Shown here piece by piece: positions 27,569 through 36,192 of a stretch of DNA of 64,000 bases. Every line of letters starts with the position of its first letter. The stretch's first letter is position 1. Where the stretch lies: assembly GCA_016464725.1 (NCBI GenBank), contig JAEKNO010000030.1:41803-105802 (forward strand), read 5' to 3'. The translations under genes were made by a program, and so were the position numbers. The notes below the pieces were generated by a model that saw only the letters and a program-made list of their open reading frames with translations, made no database searches and was not told the DNA's origin. The stretch comes from Candidatus Dormiibacter inghamiae (GTDB lineage Bacteria; Chloroflexota; Dormibacteria; Dormibacterales; Dormibacteraceae).

Positions 27569-28171
27569 ATGAAAGTGGTTGGGTTGACCGGCGGAATCGG
27601 CACCGGCAAGAGCGCAGCTGCCGAGCTGCTGGTTCGTCGGGGTCTACCCGTCATCGACGCCGACAAGGCCGCCCGCGCCGTCCAGGCAGCGGGCAGCCAG
27701 GGGTTGGCGGAGCTCGCCAGTGAGTTCGGGAGCGGGATCTTGACAGGGACTGGAGACTTGGACCGGCAGGCGCTGGCAGCCCAGGCGTTTGGCGATCCCG
27801 AGCGGCTGGCGCGGCTCAATGCGATAGTCCACCCCCGGGTCAGGGCCTGGATGGCTGAGCGGCAGCGCGAGCTGGAGGAACGTGGCGAGCGCGTGGTTGT
27901 GCTCTCCATCCCCTTGCTGTACGAGGCGCGAGGAGCCGAGGGGTTCAGCGCAGTCATGGTGATCTACGCGCCGCGTGCCACCCAACTTCGGCGCCTGGTC
28001 GAGCAGCGTGGCATGACTCCGGCCGACGCTGAGGCGCGCATCGCTGCCCAGCTGCCGATCGAGGAGAAGCGACTGTTGACGCCCTACGTCATCGACAACT
28101 CGGGCCCTCTGGACCGGCTGGCTGCCGAGGTGGACAGGGTCTGGTCGCAGGTGGCTGCCAGCCTAGCCTAG
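27569..28171 (+). CDS. coaE: dephospho-CoA kinase
   Basis: VVGLTGGIGTGKS P-loop, then IDADK and VHP blocks. Confidence 0.9.
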   Translation: MKVVGLTGGIGTGKSAAAELLVRRGLPVIDADKAARAVQAAGSQGLAELASEFGSGILTGTGDLDRQALAAQAFGDPERLARLNAIVHPRVRAWMAERQRELEERGERVVVLSIPLLYEARGAEGFSAVMVIYAPRATQLRRLVEQRGMTPADAEARIAAQLPIEEKRLLTPYVIDNSGPLDRLAAEVDRVWSQVAASLA

Positions 28172-29278
28172 CCCAGGGCCTCCGACACCGCCTGTCGCGC
28201 CGCTGCCGAGCCCTACCTCTGCCAGCACCTCGGCGGTGTGCTCCCCCAGTCGCGGCGCCGGCCGCCGAGGCGGTTGCGCAGGCCAGTGATTCGCTGCCAC
28301 GACTTGAGAAAGCTCCAGCACCGGCTCACAGCAGACGTCCTCACCGGCCAGCTGTTGGGCCCACTCATCGCGTCCTCTGGCGGCGAAGATGGCCTGCAGC
28401 TCCTGCCGCAGTGCTGCCTGGTCGGGATGGAACTGACGGCCTCTCAAATCGGGGCGGCCGAGCGCCCGGCAGAGGTTGGCCCAGAACTTTGCCTCCAGCG
28501 CCGCCAGGGAGAGGAAACCACCATCGCGACAGGCGTAGACGTCATAACAGGCATAGCGGCCGCTCAGCTGAGGCGCCAGCTCGCTGGGCGCCGCGGCCTG
28601 CTCGGCCAGCGTCAGCTCCAGCCAGTGGTGCGCGGTCCGGGCCAGGCCCACGTCCAAGTGCCTACCGGAACGGCCACGGGCAACGTCGTAGAGGGCGCCC
28701 GCGATCTGGAAGGCGGCCATCTGCGCGCCGCCCAGATCCGCCACCTGCACGCTGAGCGGGTGGGGTGCTCCACCCCGCGGCCGGTTCAGGGCCAGCACCC
28801 CGGCCAGGGCCACGTAGTTGAGGTCGTGCCCGGCCCGGCCCGCCAACTTGCCGGTTTGCCCGTAACCCGTGAGAGAGCACAGAATCAGCCGAGGATTGGC
28901 TGCGCTCAGCACCGGCCAGCCCAACCCCAAGCGCTCAAGGGTTCCTGGGCGGTTACCCTCCAGCACCACGTCGCTGTGGGCGGCCAGACGCAGCAGTGCC
29001 TCGCGCCCGGCTTCGGCCTTCAGGTCCAGCACTGCGCTGCGCTTGCCGGCAGAGATGGCGTCGAAGAGCACGCTCTGGCCGTTGATGAGCGGCGGGTAGT
29101 GGCGGAGAGGGTCGCCGTCCGGCGCTTCCAGCTTCGTCACGTCGGCGCCCTGCTCAGCCAAGAGCAGGCTGCAGAAGCCGCCGGGCAGAAGGCGGGTCAG
29201 ATCCAACACGCGCACCCCGGCCAGGCTCACAGCGACATTGTCAACCCCCTGTGTACTTGGCAGGTTGACGCCATTCAT
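28163..29278 (-). CDS. family III CoA-transferase (CaiB/BaiF)
   Basis: GVRVLDLTRLLPGGFCSLLLAEQGADVTKLE and the GYGQ block. The exact start is uncertain. Confidence 0.85.
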   Translation of the reverse strand: MNGVNLPSTQGVDNVAVSLAGVRVLDLTRLLPGGFCSLLLAEQGADVTKLEAPDGDPLRHYPPLINGQSVLFDAISAGKRSAVLDLKAEAGREALLRLAAHSDVVLEGNRPGTLERLGLGWPVLSAANPRLILCSLTGYGQTGKLAGRAGHDLNYVALAGVLALNRPRGGAPHPLSVQVADLGGAQMAAFQIAGALYDVARGRSGRHLDVGLARTAHHWLELTLAEQAAAPSELAPQLSGRYACYDVYACRDGGFLSLAALEAKFWANLCRALGRPDLRGRQFHPDQAALRQELQAIFAARGRDEWAQQLAGEDVCCEPVLELSQVVAANHWPAQPPRRPAPRLGEHTAEVLAEVGLGSGATGGVGGPGLG

Positions 29279-29291
29279 GCATTAATCAGCC

Positions 29292-29795
29292 ATGGCCACC
29301 CACTTTCCGTTGCCTTCGCTGACGCTGCGGGTGCCGGCGCCGTTCTCGGGCGTCGCGGAGTTGGGCTTTTCTGCCCGCTATCCCGAGCAGGGGCTGTTCT
29401 CTCCCCTACGAGATGTCCCGCTCTGGATCGAAGGGCCTGCCCGGCCCATGGCGAGGTTGATGCACAGACTGCACATGCTGGCGGCGACATCGGCGGCGGA
29501 TCATGGCTGGCGGGACCCGGTGTCCCTCAGCGACGAGGTGGTGATCATCGCCTTCCACGGCGGCGCCAAGGCCGCCGAGGACGGGCCGCTGGTCAGGCCT
29601 GAGCCAAACTACCTGCTCAATCTGGTGCGGCCTGTGGTCTTCCCGTTCCTCAGGGACTGCGCGGAGGTGGCCCACCTGCGCCTCAGCGAGTCTATCGAGG
29701 TGGGAGTCCTCCGCTCTGACGCCACGCTCGCGGAGCTCAGACTCCGGCTGGCCGACATCACCAGCAGCAACGGCGAGGACCTCCTGGTCGCCTGA
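29292..29795 (+). CDS. hypothetical protein
   Basis: 167-aa ORF filling the gap between the transferase and the carbonic anhydrase. No family recognised. Confidence 0.4.
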   Translation: MATHFPLPSLTLRVPAPFSGVAELGFSARYPEQGLFSPLRDVPLWIEGPARPMARLMHRLHMLAATSAADHGWRDPVSLSDEVVIIAFHGGAKAAEDGPLVRPEPNYLLNLVRPVVFPFLRDCAEVAHLRLSESIEVGVLRSDATLAELRLRLADITSSNGEDLLVA

Positions 29796-29806
29796 ACGAC
29801 GCTGCG

Positions 29807-30292
29807 GTGGATCCCCTCCTCGATGTTCTCATCGCGAACAACGAATACGTCAAGGGCTCCCATGTCTCGGGGCTTGCGCCGGAGCCGACGCGGCAGCTCA
29901 TCGTACTCACGTGCATGGACGCTCGCCTCGACCTTTTCGCTGCGCTGGGTCTCCACCTAGGCGAGGCCCACATCATCCGCAACGCGGGCGGCATCATGAC
30001 GGATGACGTAGTCCGCAGCATGCTTCTCTCAAGCTGGGCTCTCGGCACGAGAGACCTGCTCGTCTTGCAGCACACTCAATGCGGTCTGCATGGCCTGAAC
30101 GAGAGCGCCCTGAAGGACCGGATCGAGGCCGGCTCGGGAGTCCGCCCAGCTGTGCAGCTCGGCAGTTTCGACGACATTGAGCGGCGGGTGCGGGAGTCGG
30201 TCTGGCGGGCACGAGCTGAACCCGGTCTGCGCCTGCGACGGGTGCTGGGCGGCGTGTTCGACGTGGCCACCGGCGCCATCCGGCAGGTCTGA
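29807..30292 (+). CDS. beta-class carbonic anhydrase
   Basis: Zn ligands CxDxR...HxxCG: LTCMDARLD and VLQHTQCGL. Confidence 0.85.
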   Translation: MDPLLDVLIANNEYVKGSHVSGLAPEPTRQLIVLTCMDARLDLFAALGLHLGEAHIIRNAGGIMTDDVVRSMLLSSWALGTRDLLVLQHTQCGLHGLNESALKDRIEAGSGVRPAVQLGSFDDIERRVRESVWRARAEPGLRLRRVLGGVFDVATGAIRQV

Positions 30293-30301
30293 TGCGAGCT
30301 G

Positions 30302-31171
30302 CTAGTCGGGACGCGCCGGGCCGTTCAGTAGGCTGACAGCGGCCTGCCACCACCTCTCATCGCCGTCCAACTTTCGCAGCAGCCAGTGTTCGGCGCCCCA
30401 GAGCACCACTGTCTCAAATCGCAGCTGCGCCAGGCGGCGGGCCAAGACAGGCAGGCGACCCGGGTCGTGGCCTGCCTCACCCCAGGGTTCGGCCTGGGCC
30501 TCGATGACCCAGGCCCGGCAGCCTGCCGTCTCGGCGCGCCGCCGAAGCCAGGCTGCCTCCCAGGCCCAGGTAGGCCGGGCCCGGCTGCCCGGCAGGTCTG
30601 TGTAGACATCCAGGCCCAGCACGTCCCCGGGCAGCAGCAGCGGCAGCAGCTGCGCTTGGGCGCTCCGCCAGCGCGAAGGTCGGGACGCCCACTCGCTGCG
30701 CAAGGTGAAGTGGTGGAAGCAGTTCAGCACGACCGGCCGGGAGTCCAGCTCGCGCACAATCGCCAGCTCAGCTCTGAGCAGCCCAACGTCGACCAGGGCG
30801 TTCTCCGGCCCTGAGCGGTTGCGCGGCTCGTTCTCGACCTGCCACGCGGCCACCGCCGGATGAGCGCGATGACGGCGCACCGACTGCGCCACGAATTCGA
30901 GCACCGCCTCCTGCTCGCGCCCGTCTGGGACATAGAACTCCGGCCAACGCATGCCCTTCATGCCAACCGTGAGCAGAACCCGGGCCCCGACGGCGGCTGC
31001 CGCCTCCAGGTACACCTCCAGCTCCGAACGGCCGCCTGCCACCTCATCCCAGAAGCAGCTCAGTCGGAGGCCACGAAAGCCTGCGGTCAGCAGCGTTTGG
31101 AAGGCGGCCGGCCCGTCAAGGCCCAGGTGGGCGGCGTGACGCGGACTGAAGTTGACGCCCCACTGCGGCAA
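30302..31171 (-). CDS. clan GH-A (TIM-barrel) glycoside-hydrolase-like protein
   Basis: Acid/base-type WQVENEP motif and a later Glu block (WVIEAQAEPW). The specific family is not resolved. Confidence 0.5.
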   Translation of the reverse strand: MPQWGVNFSPRHAAHLGLDGPAAFQTLLTAGFRGLRLSCFWDEVAGGRSELEVYLEAAAAVGARVLLTVGMKGMRWPEFYVPDGREQEAVLEFVAQSVRRHRAHPAVAAWQVENEPRNRSGPENALVDVGLLRAELAIVRELDSRPVVLNCFHHFTLRSEWASRPSRWRSAQAQLLPLLLPGDVLGLDVYTDLPGSRARPTWAWEAAWLRRRAETAGCRAWVIEAQAEPWGEAGHDPGRLPVLARRLAQLRFETVVLWGAEHWLLRKLDGDERWWQAAVSLLNGPARPD

Positions 31172-31197
31172 CAGACCGGCGTCGGGCGGCCGGCCGC

Positions 31198-31935
31198 TCA
31201 GCGGTGCGAATCCTGGCTGCTGGGTGGCTCGTCGCCGGCGTCAGCTGCGGGAGCGTTCAGGCCCCGGTGGCGCGCCAGCTCGGCCGCCGCTTCGAACTCG
31301 GCAGAACTCAGTTGAAGCTCGCGCAGGAACGGGTCCTCGGCGCCGATCCGGCCTCCGGGCGAGCGCCCGGCGACTAGCCTCTCCAGACCGTCAGCATGCG
31401 TCTGCACTGCCGCCAGCTCCGCTCGAGCTCTCACCAGTTCCATCTGCACGGCTCCCTCATCCCCGGCCAGCGCTGCACCTGCCTGTCCGGCCCGAGCCCG
31501 CGCCTGGGCCGAGCCGAGCCGGGCGCGGAGGAGGTGCAGATCGGTCCGGAACCGATCGATCTCAGCATCGAGGCGCAGCCCGGCCTGGCGGAGGCGCTCT
31601 TCGTCGTCCGCCAGCTGTCCAGCCTCGGCGCGCACGCGAGCAGCCTGCTGGGCGATGGTCACCCCCCGCGAGGCGGCCTCTCCCAAGTGGCCGGTATCCG
31701 GGTCGGCAACTAGGTGGGAGCGGTGCCGCGTCCCCTCCCGGGTCACCTCGGCGTCCAGGTGGCGGGCGTGCATCTCGAGTCGAGTCCGGGCAGCGACCAC
31801 CTCGGCCACCGCCTGGCGGAGCTGCTGGCGCAGCTCCAGCTGCGCCTCGCAGATACTGTCGAGCGCTGCCAGCGGATCGGGCGCGTTGCCTTCAGGCTCG
31901 CCGGCGAAGAGGGAGCGGAGGAAACCGCCGGCCAT
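31198..31935 (-). CDS. PspA/IM30-like coiled-coil membrane-stress protein
   Basis: Heptad-rich sequence with the N-terminal pattern DPLAALDSICEAQLELRQQLRQAVAEVVAARTRLE. GAGG lies 3 nt before the ATG. Confidence 0.55.
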   Translation of the reverse strand: MAGGFLRSLFAGEPEGNAPDPLAALDSICEAQLELRQQLRQAVAEVVAARTRLEMHARHLDAEVTREGTRHRSHLVADPDTGHLGEAASRGVTIAQQAARVRAEAGQLADDEERLRQAGLRLDAEIDRFRTDLHLLRARLGSAQARARAGQAGAALAGDEGAVQMELVRARAELAAVQTHADGLERLVAGRSPGGRIGAEDPFLRELQLSSAEFEAAAELARHRGLNAPAADAGDEPPSSQDSHR

Positions 31936-31947
31936 CTACCTCAACCA

Positions 31948-32124
31948 GAGGTGCGGCAGGGAACCCGGCCGAGAGATTGGGTGGCCAGGTGGGTCAGATC
32001 CAAGGAGCCGACGAGCACCGCAGTGAGGGTATTCGGAATACGCGCAGCGAGGAGCGCAAGAGCCGTCGCCGGAGACGAGCCGCATGGGCGCCCAAGCTCC
32101 GGACGGGCTTTTCGGCAGCACTTC
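31948..32124. repeat. terminal-inverted-repeat element, copy 2 (177 nt)
   Basis: Collinear with copy 1 over its full length and roughly nine-tenths identical by eye. Ends GAGGTGCGGCAG / CGGCAGCACTTC. Right flank TA, left flank CA. Confidence 0.8.
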
Positions 32125-32137
32125 TATGTCGCGGCGC

Positions 32138-33613
32138 CTAGCGGGGCTCGTCGGGTGGAGACTGGGCGCCCTGGCCGTTGCTCGGCGACGCTTCGCCGGC
32201 CGCTCCAGACCTGCCACCGCTGAGCAGGCTGCGCGCCAGCTTGAGGCCGGTGGCACCCTGGCTCAACGCCTGCGCTAGCGTGTCCGAGATGCCCTGCGCG
32301 CCGTTCAGCACGATCAGCTGGTCGATGTCCCCGAACGGCTTGGCTGCCGCTTCCACGATGGCAGGCCATTTCTCGGCCAGCTGCTGGCCGATGACCGCAT
32401 CCTGGTTGCTGGCTAGCGCGTCCGCCCGGGCCTTGATGGCGTCGGCCTCAGCCATGCCTCGGGCCTTGATGGCGTCGCCTTCGGCCAGACCCTTGGCCCG
32501 CGTCGCATCTGCCTCGGCGATGCCCAGCATCCGGGTCTGCTCCGAGTTGGCGCCCGCCTGCAGCTTCACCCGCTCAGCCTCCGCGCCTGCTTGGAGCTTG
32601 ACCTTGCTGGCATCGGCCGCCGCCTGCAGCTCGACTTCGCGGGCTCGGCCCTGAGCCTGGGCGATGTGCGACTCTCGTTCGGCTCCGGCCAGCGTCACCT
32701 GTTCGTAGGCCCTGGCGTCGGCTGGCTTGCGGACCTGCACCTGGAGCTGCTGCTCGACGCGCTGGGCCTCCAGCTCGGCGACCTTCGTTTCCTCGACCAC
32801 CACCTTCTGCCGGGCCGTCGCTTCGGAGAGCGGGCCCGCCTGCCGGGCTTGGGCGGAAACCTGGTCCACCTCGGCCTGGTAACCTGCCTGCTTCATCTGA
32901 GCGTCGCGCCGAGCCTGGGCTTTGATGGCCTCAGCCTCCTGCTCCTTTTCGGTCGCGTCTCGGTCGGCCTGGGCTTTGGCGATGCGAGCTTCTCGCGCCA
33001 CCGCCCACGCGTGCGGCTGGGCCAGGTTCTCGATGTATCCGGTGGGGTCGATGATCTCCTGTACCTGCGTCGAATCGACTATCAGGCCCAGTTTTTCCAT
33101 CTCCGTCCCGACATGCTCGCGGGCGAGGCCCGTCAGCTTCTCCCGATCCCGGATCATGTCTTCGACGGTCATGTTGCCCACGATCGCGCGCAGATGGCCG
33201 GCGAACAGGTTGTGGACCTTCTGATCCATCTGGTTCTGCTGGTCCAAGAAGCGCCGCGCCGCGTTGGCGATTGAAACCATGTCGTCCCCGACCTTGTAGA
33301 TGACCACACCGCGAATCTTGAGCGGGATGCCCTGGTGCGTCACACAGTCGATCTGCAGCTCGGTCTCATGCAGATCGAGCGAGAGCCGGCGCACTGCCTG
33401 CACGCCTGGCACTACCAGCGTGCCCTTGCCTGTGACTATCTTGAAACCAAGGTTCTCCTCGGATCCGCCGCCGTGGCGGAGGCCTGAGATGATCAGTGCC
33501 TCATTCGGCTCGGCCACCCGCCACATGAGCCGGAACAGGATGAAGAGCAGGATCAGCGCCACCACCACAGCGCCGACGACCAGGCCTAAGATCGAACCGA
33601 TGAAAAACTGCAC
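32138..33613 (-). CDS. flotillin / SPFH (band 7) domain protein
   Basis: N-terminal TM segment, an SPFH core, and a long Ala/Glu/Gln coiled-coil repeat region (EAQR...AEADA...). Confidence 0.85.
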   Translation of the reverse strand: MQFFIGSILGLVVGAVVVALILLFILFRLMWRVAEPNEALIISGLRHGGGSEENLGFKIVTGKGTLVVPGVQAVRRLSLDLHETELQIDCVTHQGIPLKIRGVVIYKVGDDMVSIANAARRFLDQQNQMDQKVHNLFAGHLRAIVGNMTVEDMIRDREKLTGLAREHVGTEMEKLGLIVDSTQVQEIIDPTGYIENLAQPHAWAVAREARIAKAQADRDATEKEQEAEAIKAQARRDAQMKQAGYQAEVDQVSAQARQAGPLSEATARQKVVVEETKVAELEAQRVEQQLQVQVRKPADARAYEQVTLAGAERESHIAQAQGRAREVELQAAADASKVKLQAGAEAERVKLQAGANSEQTRMLGIAEADATRAKGLAEGDAIKARGMAEADAIKARADALASNQDAVIGQQLAEKWPAIVEAAAKPFGDIDQLIVLNGAQGISDTLAQALSQGATGLKLARSLLSGGRSGAAGEASPSNGQGAQSPPDEPR

Positions 33614-33633
33614 TAGCTTCCTCCTTAGCGCCG

Positions 33634-33858
33634 CTAGACCGGGCTGACGATCACAGTGCGCGGGGGCAGATGCTCAACTATGACCACGCGGCTGCCACGG
33701 GCGATGATCTGCTCGGGCTCAGCCGGGTACGCATTGAAGGCCTCGCTGCCACCCCGAACTTCGATCATGACCTCACCCAGGCGACCGGGCCCGACAGTGC
33801 CGGTTACCCGACCGACCTTGCCGATCACCCGCTGATCCGCCATCCTCGCCATCATCAT
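33634..33858 (-). CDS. NfeD-like OB-fold protein (flotillin partner)
   Basis: GKVGRVTGTVGPGRLGEVMIEVRGGSEAFNAY...GSRVVIVE. Lies immediately upstream of the flotillin gene. Confidence 0.65.
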   Translation of the reverse strand: MMMARMADQRVIGKVGRVTGTVGPGRLGEVMIEVRGGSEAFNAYPAEPEQIIARGSRVVIVEHLPPRTVIVSPV

Positions 33859-33913
33859 CCTGTAAAGACAACGCCGGAGGACGAGGTCCTGGTCTAGGGG
33901 ACTGTGACCGCCT

Positions 33914-34138
33914 CTAGTGAGTCGGCGAGGCGGTGGGTCGAACCGAGGCTGCAGGCGAGACAGCCGCCGATGGCGAGGCTGAGGTCGAAACCGTGACGCT
34001 TGGCGTCGGCGCTGGAGCCGAGCCGGCGCCTGATTGATTGCCGAAGTAGAGCGCCACCGGCACCACTATGAGACCGATCAGAACTGTCACCACAAAAGTG
34101 ACAGCGCCCCATTCGCGGATGAGGAAAGATCGGTTCAA
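33914..34138 (-). CDS. small single-pass membrane protein, hypothetical
   Basis: One clear TM helix (VTFVVTVLIGLIVVPVALYF) followed by an Ala/Ser/Pro tail. Confidence 0.4.
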   Translation of the reverse strand: MNRSFLIREWGAVTFVVTVLIGLIVVPVALYFGNQSGAGSAPAPTPSVTVSTSASPSAAVSPAASVRPTASPTH

Positions 34139-34183
34139 AGCACGCCGATTCTTGGGTCCTGCGCCAGGAGGGTCTGCGTCCGG

Positions 34184-34441
34184 CTAATCGTCGTCGCGCG
34201 CTTCCTCTTCGTCTCGGCCCTTGCGCTGGTTCAGCAAGCGCAGGAAGTCCTGAGCTCGGGCCAGCGCCTTCCAGCGTTCCGGAAAGAAGTCCTGGGCCAG
34301 GACATTCCGGTCAGGCAGCTGATAGACAGAGACGCACCACTTGTTGAGCGTGCGCTCGACCTCCACTTCGAAATCCTTCTCAGCCGTCTCGAAGCGCACG
34401 GTCCGGTCGTCGTCGGGTCGTCTTCGTCCAGAAACTGCCAT
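34184..34441 (-). CDS. hypothetical small acidic-tailed protein
   Basis: MAVSGRRRPDDDRTVRFETAEKDFEVEVERTLNKWCVSVYQL... has normal composition. The track ORF's upstream extension (to 34618) runs through repeat copy 3 and is discarded. Confidence 0.45.
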   Translation of the reverse strand: MAVSGRRRPDDDRTVRFETAEKDFEVEVERTLNKWCVSVYQLPDRNVLAQDFFPERWKALARAQDFLRLLNQRKGRDEEEARDDD

Positions 34442-34526
34442 CTCATCGATCCAGTGAGCGTGCCCCACAGAGCCGGGCGTAAGCCGGAGTATACGAGCGG
34501 CCCTGACCGGCACCCGGCGGCGGCTG

Positions 34527-34646
34527 GAGGTGCGGCCGGGAACCCAGCCGAGAGATTGGGTGGCCAGGTGGGTCAGAGCCAAGGAGGGACGCCGGAGATG
34601 GCCCGTATAGGCGCCCAAGATCCGGACGGGCTGTTCGGCTCCACTC
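34527..34646. repeat. terminal-inverted-repeat element, copy 3 (120-nt deletion variant)
   Basis: Same 5' and 3' portions as copies 1 and 2, but the central 60-nt module is replaced by GGAC. Right flank TA, left flank TG. Confidence 0.75.
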
Positions 34647-35545
34647 TAGGCTCGGACTTCCGCGCTGCTGACGAGCTCCCGGATGACCGCCAGCATCTCC
34701 TCGCGAAGGTCGTCGCGCTGGAGCGCCAGCGCCAGGTTGGACTTCAGATATCCGGCGATGGTCCCGGTGTCGTAGTACTCACCTTCGAACTCCACGGCGA
34801 CGACGCGGCCACCAGCGATGGTGCTCTTGATCGCGTCGGTGAGCTGAATCTCCCTGCCGGCGCCCGGATCGGTCGAGTCGAGCGCGGTCAGCACTTCAGG
34901 TGTAAGCACATAGCGGCCGAAAATCGCGAGGTCGCTCGGCGCCTCTTTGAGTGGCGGCTTCTCGACAGTGTCGAGCACCTCGTGGAGCCGGCCGTTCCTG
35001 ACGCCGGTGGCGACAATGCCATAGCGGCTGACTTCGTCCGGAGCCACCCGGCGGACCGCCAAAACCGTGGCGCCGGTCTCGACGTGCGCGTCGATGAGCT
35101 GCTTCAGCACTGGCACCGTGCCCAAGATGACGTCATCCGCGAGAAGGACGGCGCACGCCTCGCCCTCGACGAGGCGGCGAGCAGTCCACACAGCATGACC
35201 AAGTCCCAACGGTTGCCGCTGCTGGACGTAGTTGAGGTCGACCCGGTCGCTGAGCGCGTCGACCTCCGCCAGGATCTGGAGCAAATCCGCCCTGTCACGC
35301 TCTCGCAGGTAGAACTCGAGGTCCAGCGAGCGATCGAAGTGATCCACTATCGCCCGCTTGCCGCCCCCGGTGACCATGATCACCTGCTCGATGCCTGCCG
35401 CAATCGCCTCCTCCACGCCGTACTGGATGGTCGGTTTGTCCACCAGCGGCAGCATCTCCTTGGGCTGGGCTTTGGTGATGGGGAGGAACCGGGTACCCAG
35501 GCCGGCAGCCGGGAAGATGGCGCGGCGAACACGTCTTTGCGGCAT
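34646..35545 (-). CDS. galU: UTP--glucose-1-phosphate uridylyltransferase
   Basis: AIFPAAGLGTRFLPITKAQPKEMLPLVDKPTIQY. Start placed at ATG 35545. Confidence 0.9.
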   Translation of the reverse strand: MPQRRVRRAIFPAAGLGTRFLPITKAQPKEMLPLVDKPTIQYGVEEAIAAGIEQVIMVTGGGKRAIVDHFDRSLDLEFYLRERDRADLLQILAEVDALSDRVDLNYVQQRQPLGLGHAVWTARRLVEGEACAVLLADDVILGTVPVLKQLIDAHVETGATVLAVRRVAPDEVSRYGIVATGVRNGRLHEVLDTVEKPPLKEAPSDLAIFGRYVLTPEVLTALDSTDPGAGREIQLTDAIKSTIAGGRVVAVEFEGEYYDTGTIAGYLKSNLALALQRDDLREEMLAVIRELVSSAEVRA

Positions 35546-35582
35546 TCCTGACAAGACTGTACGTGCCGGCCAGGCTGCCGGC

Positions 35583-35753
35583 TCAGCCGCTCTTTGCTGG
35601 GCCGCGCCGCCTGCGCTGAGCCAGTCGCAGTGCCTGGGCCTTGAGTCCGGGATTGTCGACCACAACCCGGGGACCGCGCAGCTTGCGCTCCCTGTTCGCA
35701 ACCCGCGAGCTCTCTCGCTCGACGGCAGCCAGGCTGCGCTCGTGATCGTTCAT
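35583..35753 (-). CDS. possible 56-aa basic protein (below the ORF-track cut-off)
   Basis: An ATG-initiated frame (MNDHERSLAAVERESSRVANRERKLRGPRVVVDNPGLKAQALRLAQRRRRGPAKSG) fills the gap upstream of galU. No homology recognised. Confidence 0.25.
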   Translation of the reverse strand: MNDHERSLAAVERESSRVANRERKLRGPRVVVDNPGLKAQALRLAQRRRRGPAKSG

Positions 35754-35810
35754 GATTCCGATGCTAGTCGGCTCGGTCAGAGCCCGTGTCGCAGGCGGAA
35801 GTCCAAGCGG

Positions 35811-36134
35811 CTACCTGCTGTTGGAGCGCACGAATTCCAGCGCTTCGCGCGTCAGGGCGTCCCAGTCCTGTGTAGAGGAGTCCCGGAGCGACAACCACTC
35901 CTTCAGCGGCCGGCCGCCTCGAGGATCGAAGCGGTCGCCGTCCCCCGACGCGATCAGCTCCTTCACCCGCCGGCCTGGCAGCTTGACCACGAACTGGCCG
36001 CTCGAGGAGAGCATCGCAAAGATCCTGCCACCCACCGTGAGTGAGGACGCACCGAAGCCTCTGCCGGCCTGGCTCACTCCAGGTTGAATTAGGTAGGCCT
36101 TGACCAGCTCCGCGTATCTCTCATCTGATGTCAT
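35811..36134 (-). CDS. TfoX-N/YjbR-like small protein
   Basis: GFGASSLTVGGRIFAMLSSSGQFVVKLP...GRPLKEWLSL resembles the TfoX N-terminal domain pattern. Confidence 0.45.
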   Translation of the reverse strand: MTSDERYAELVKAYLIQPGVSQAGRGFGASSLTVGGRIFAMLSSSGQFVVKLPGRRVKELIASGDGDRFDPRGGRPLKEWLSLRDSSTQDWDALTREALEFVRSNSR

Positions 36135-36192
36135 GGCTGGCAGCCCCGATGTTAGCCGCCCGTCCCTCCCGCCTACCTAAGATTGGGGCGAC

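Noticed and set aside
34442-34618. N-terminal extension of ORF 34184..34618 (MGAYTGHLRRPSLALTHLATQSLGWVPGRTSS...).
   Set aside because: The extension is simply the translation of repeat copy 3. The same peptide string appears in another frame-artefact ORF at copy 1 (7256..7447). The internal ATG at 34441 gives a compact protein with normal composition.
7377-34646. The three repeats as a CRISPR-like array.
   Set aside because: The units are 120-177 nt long and separated by 24 kb and 2.4 kb of ordinary genes. There are no short regular spacers and no cas genes.
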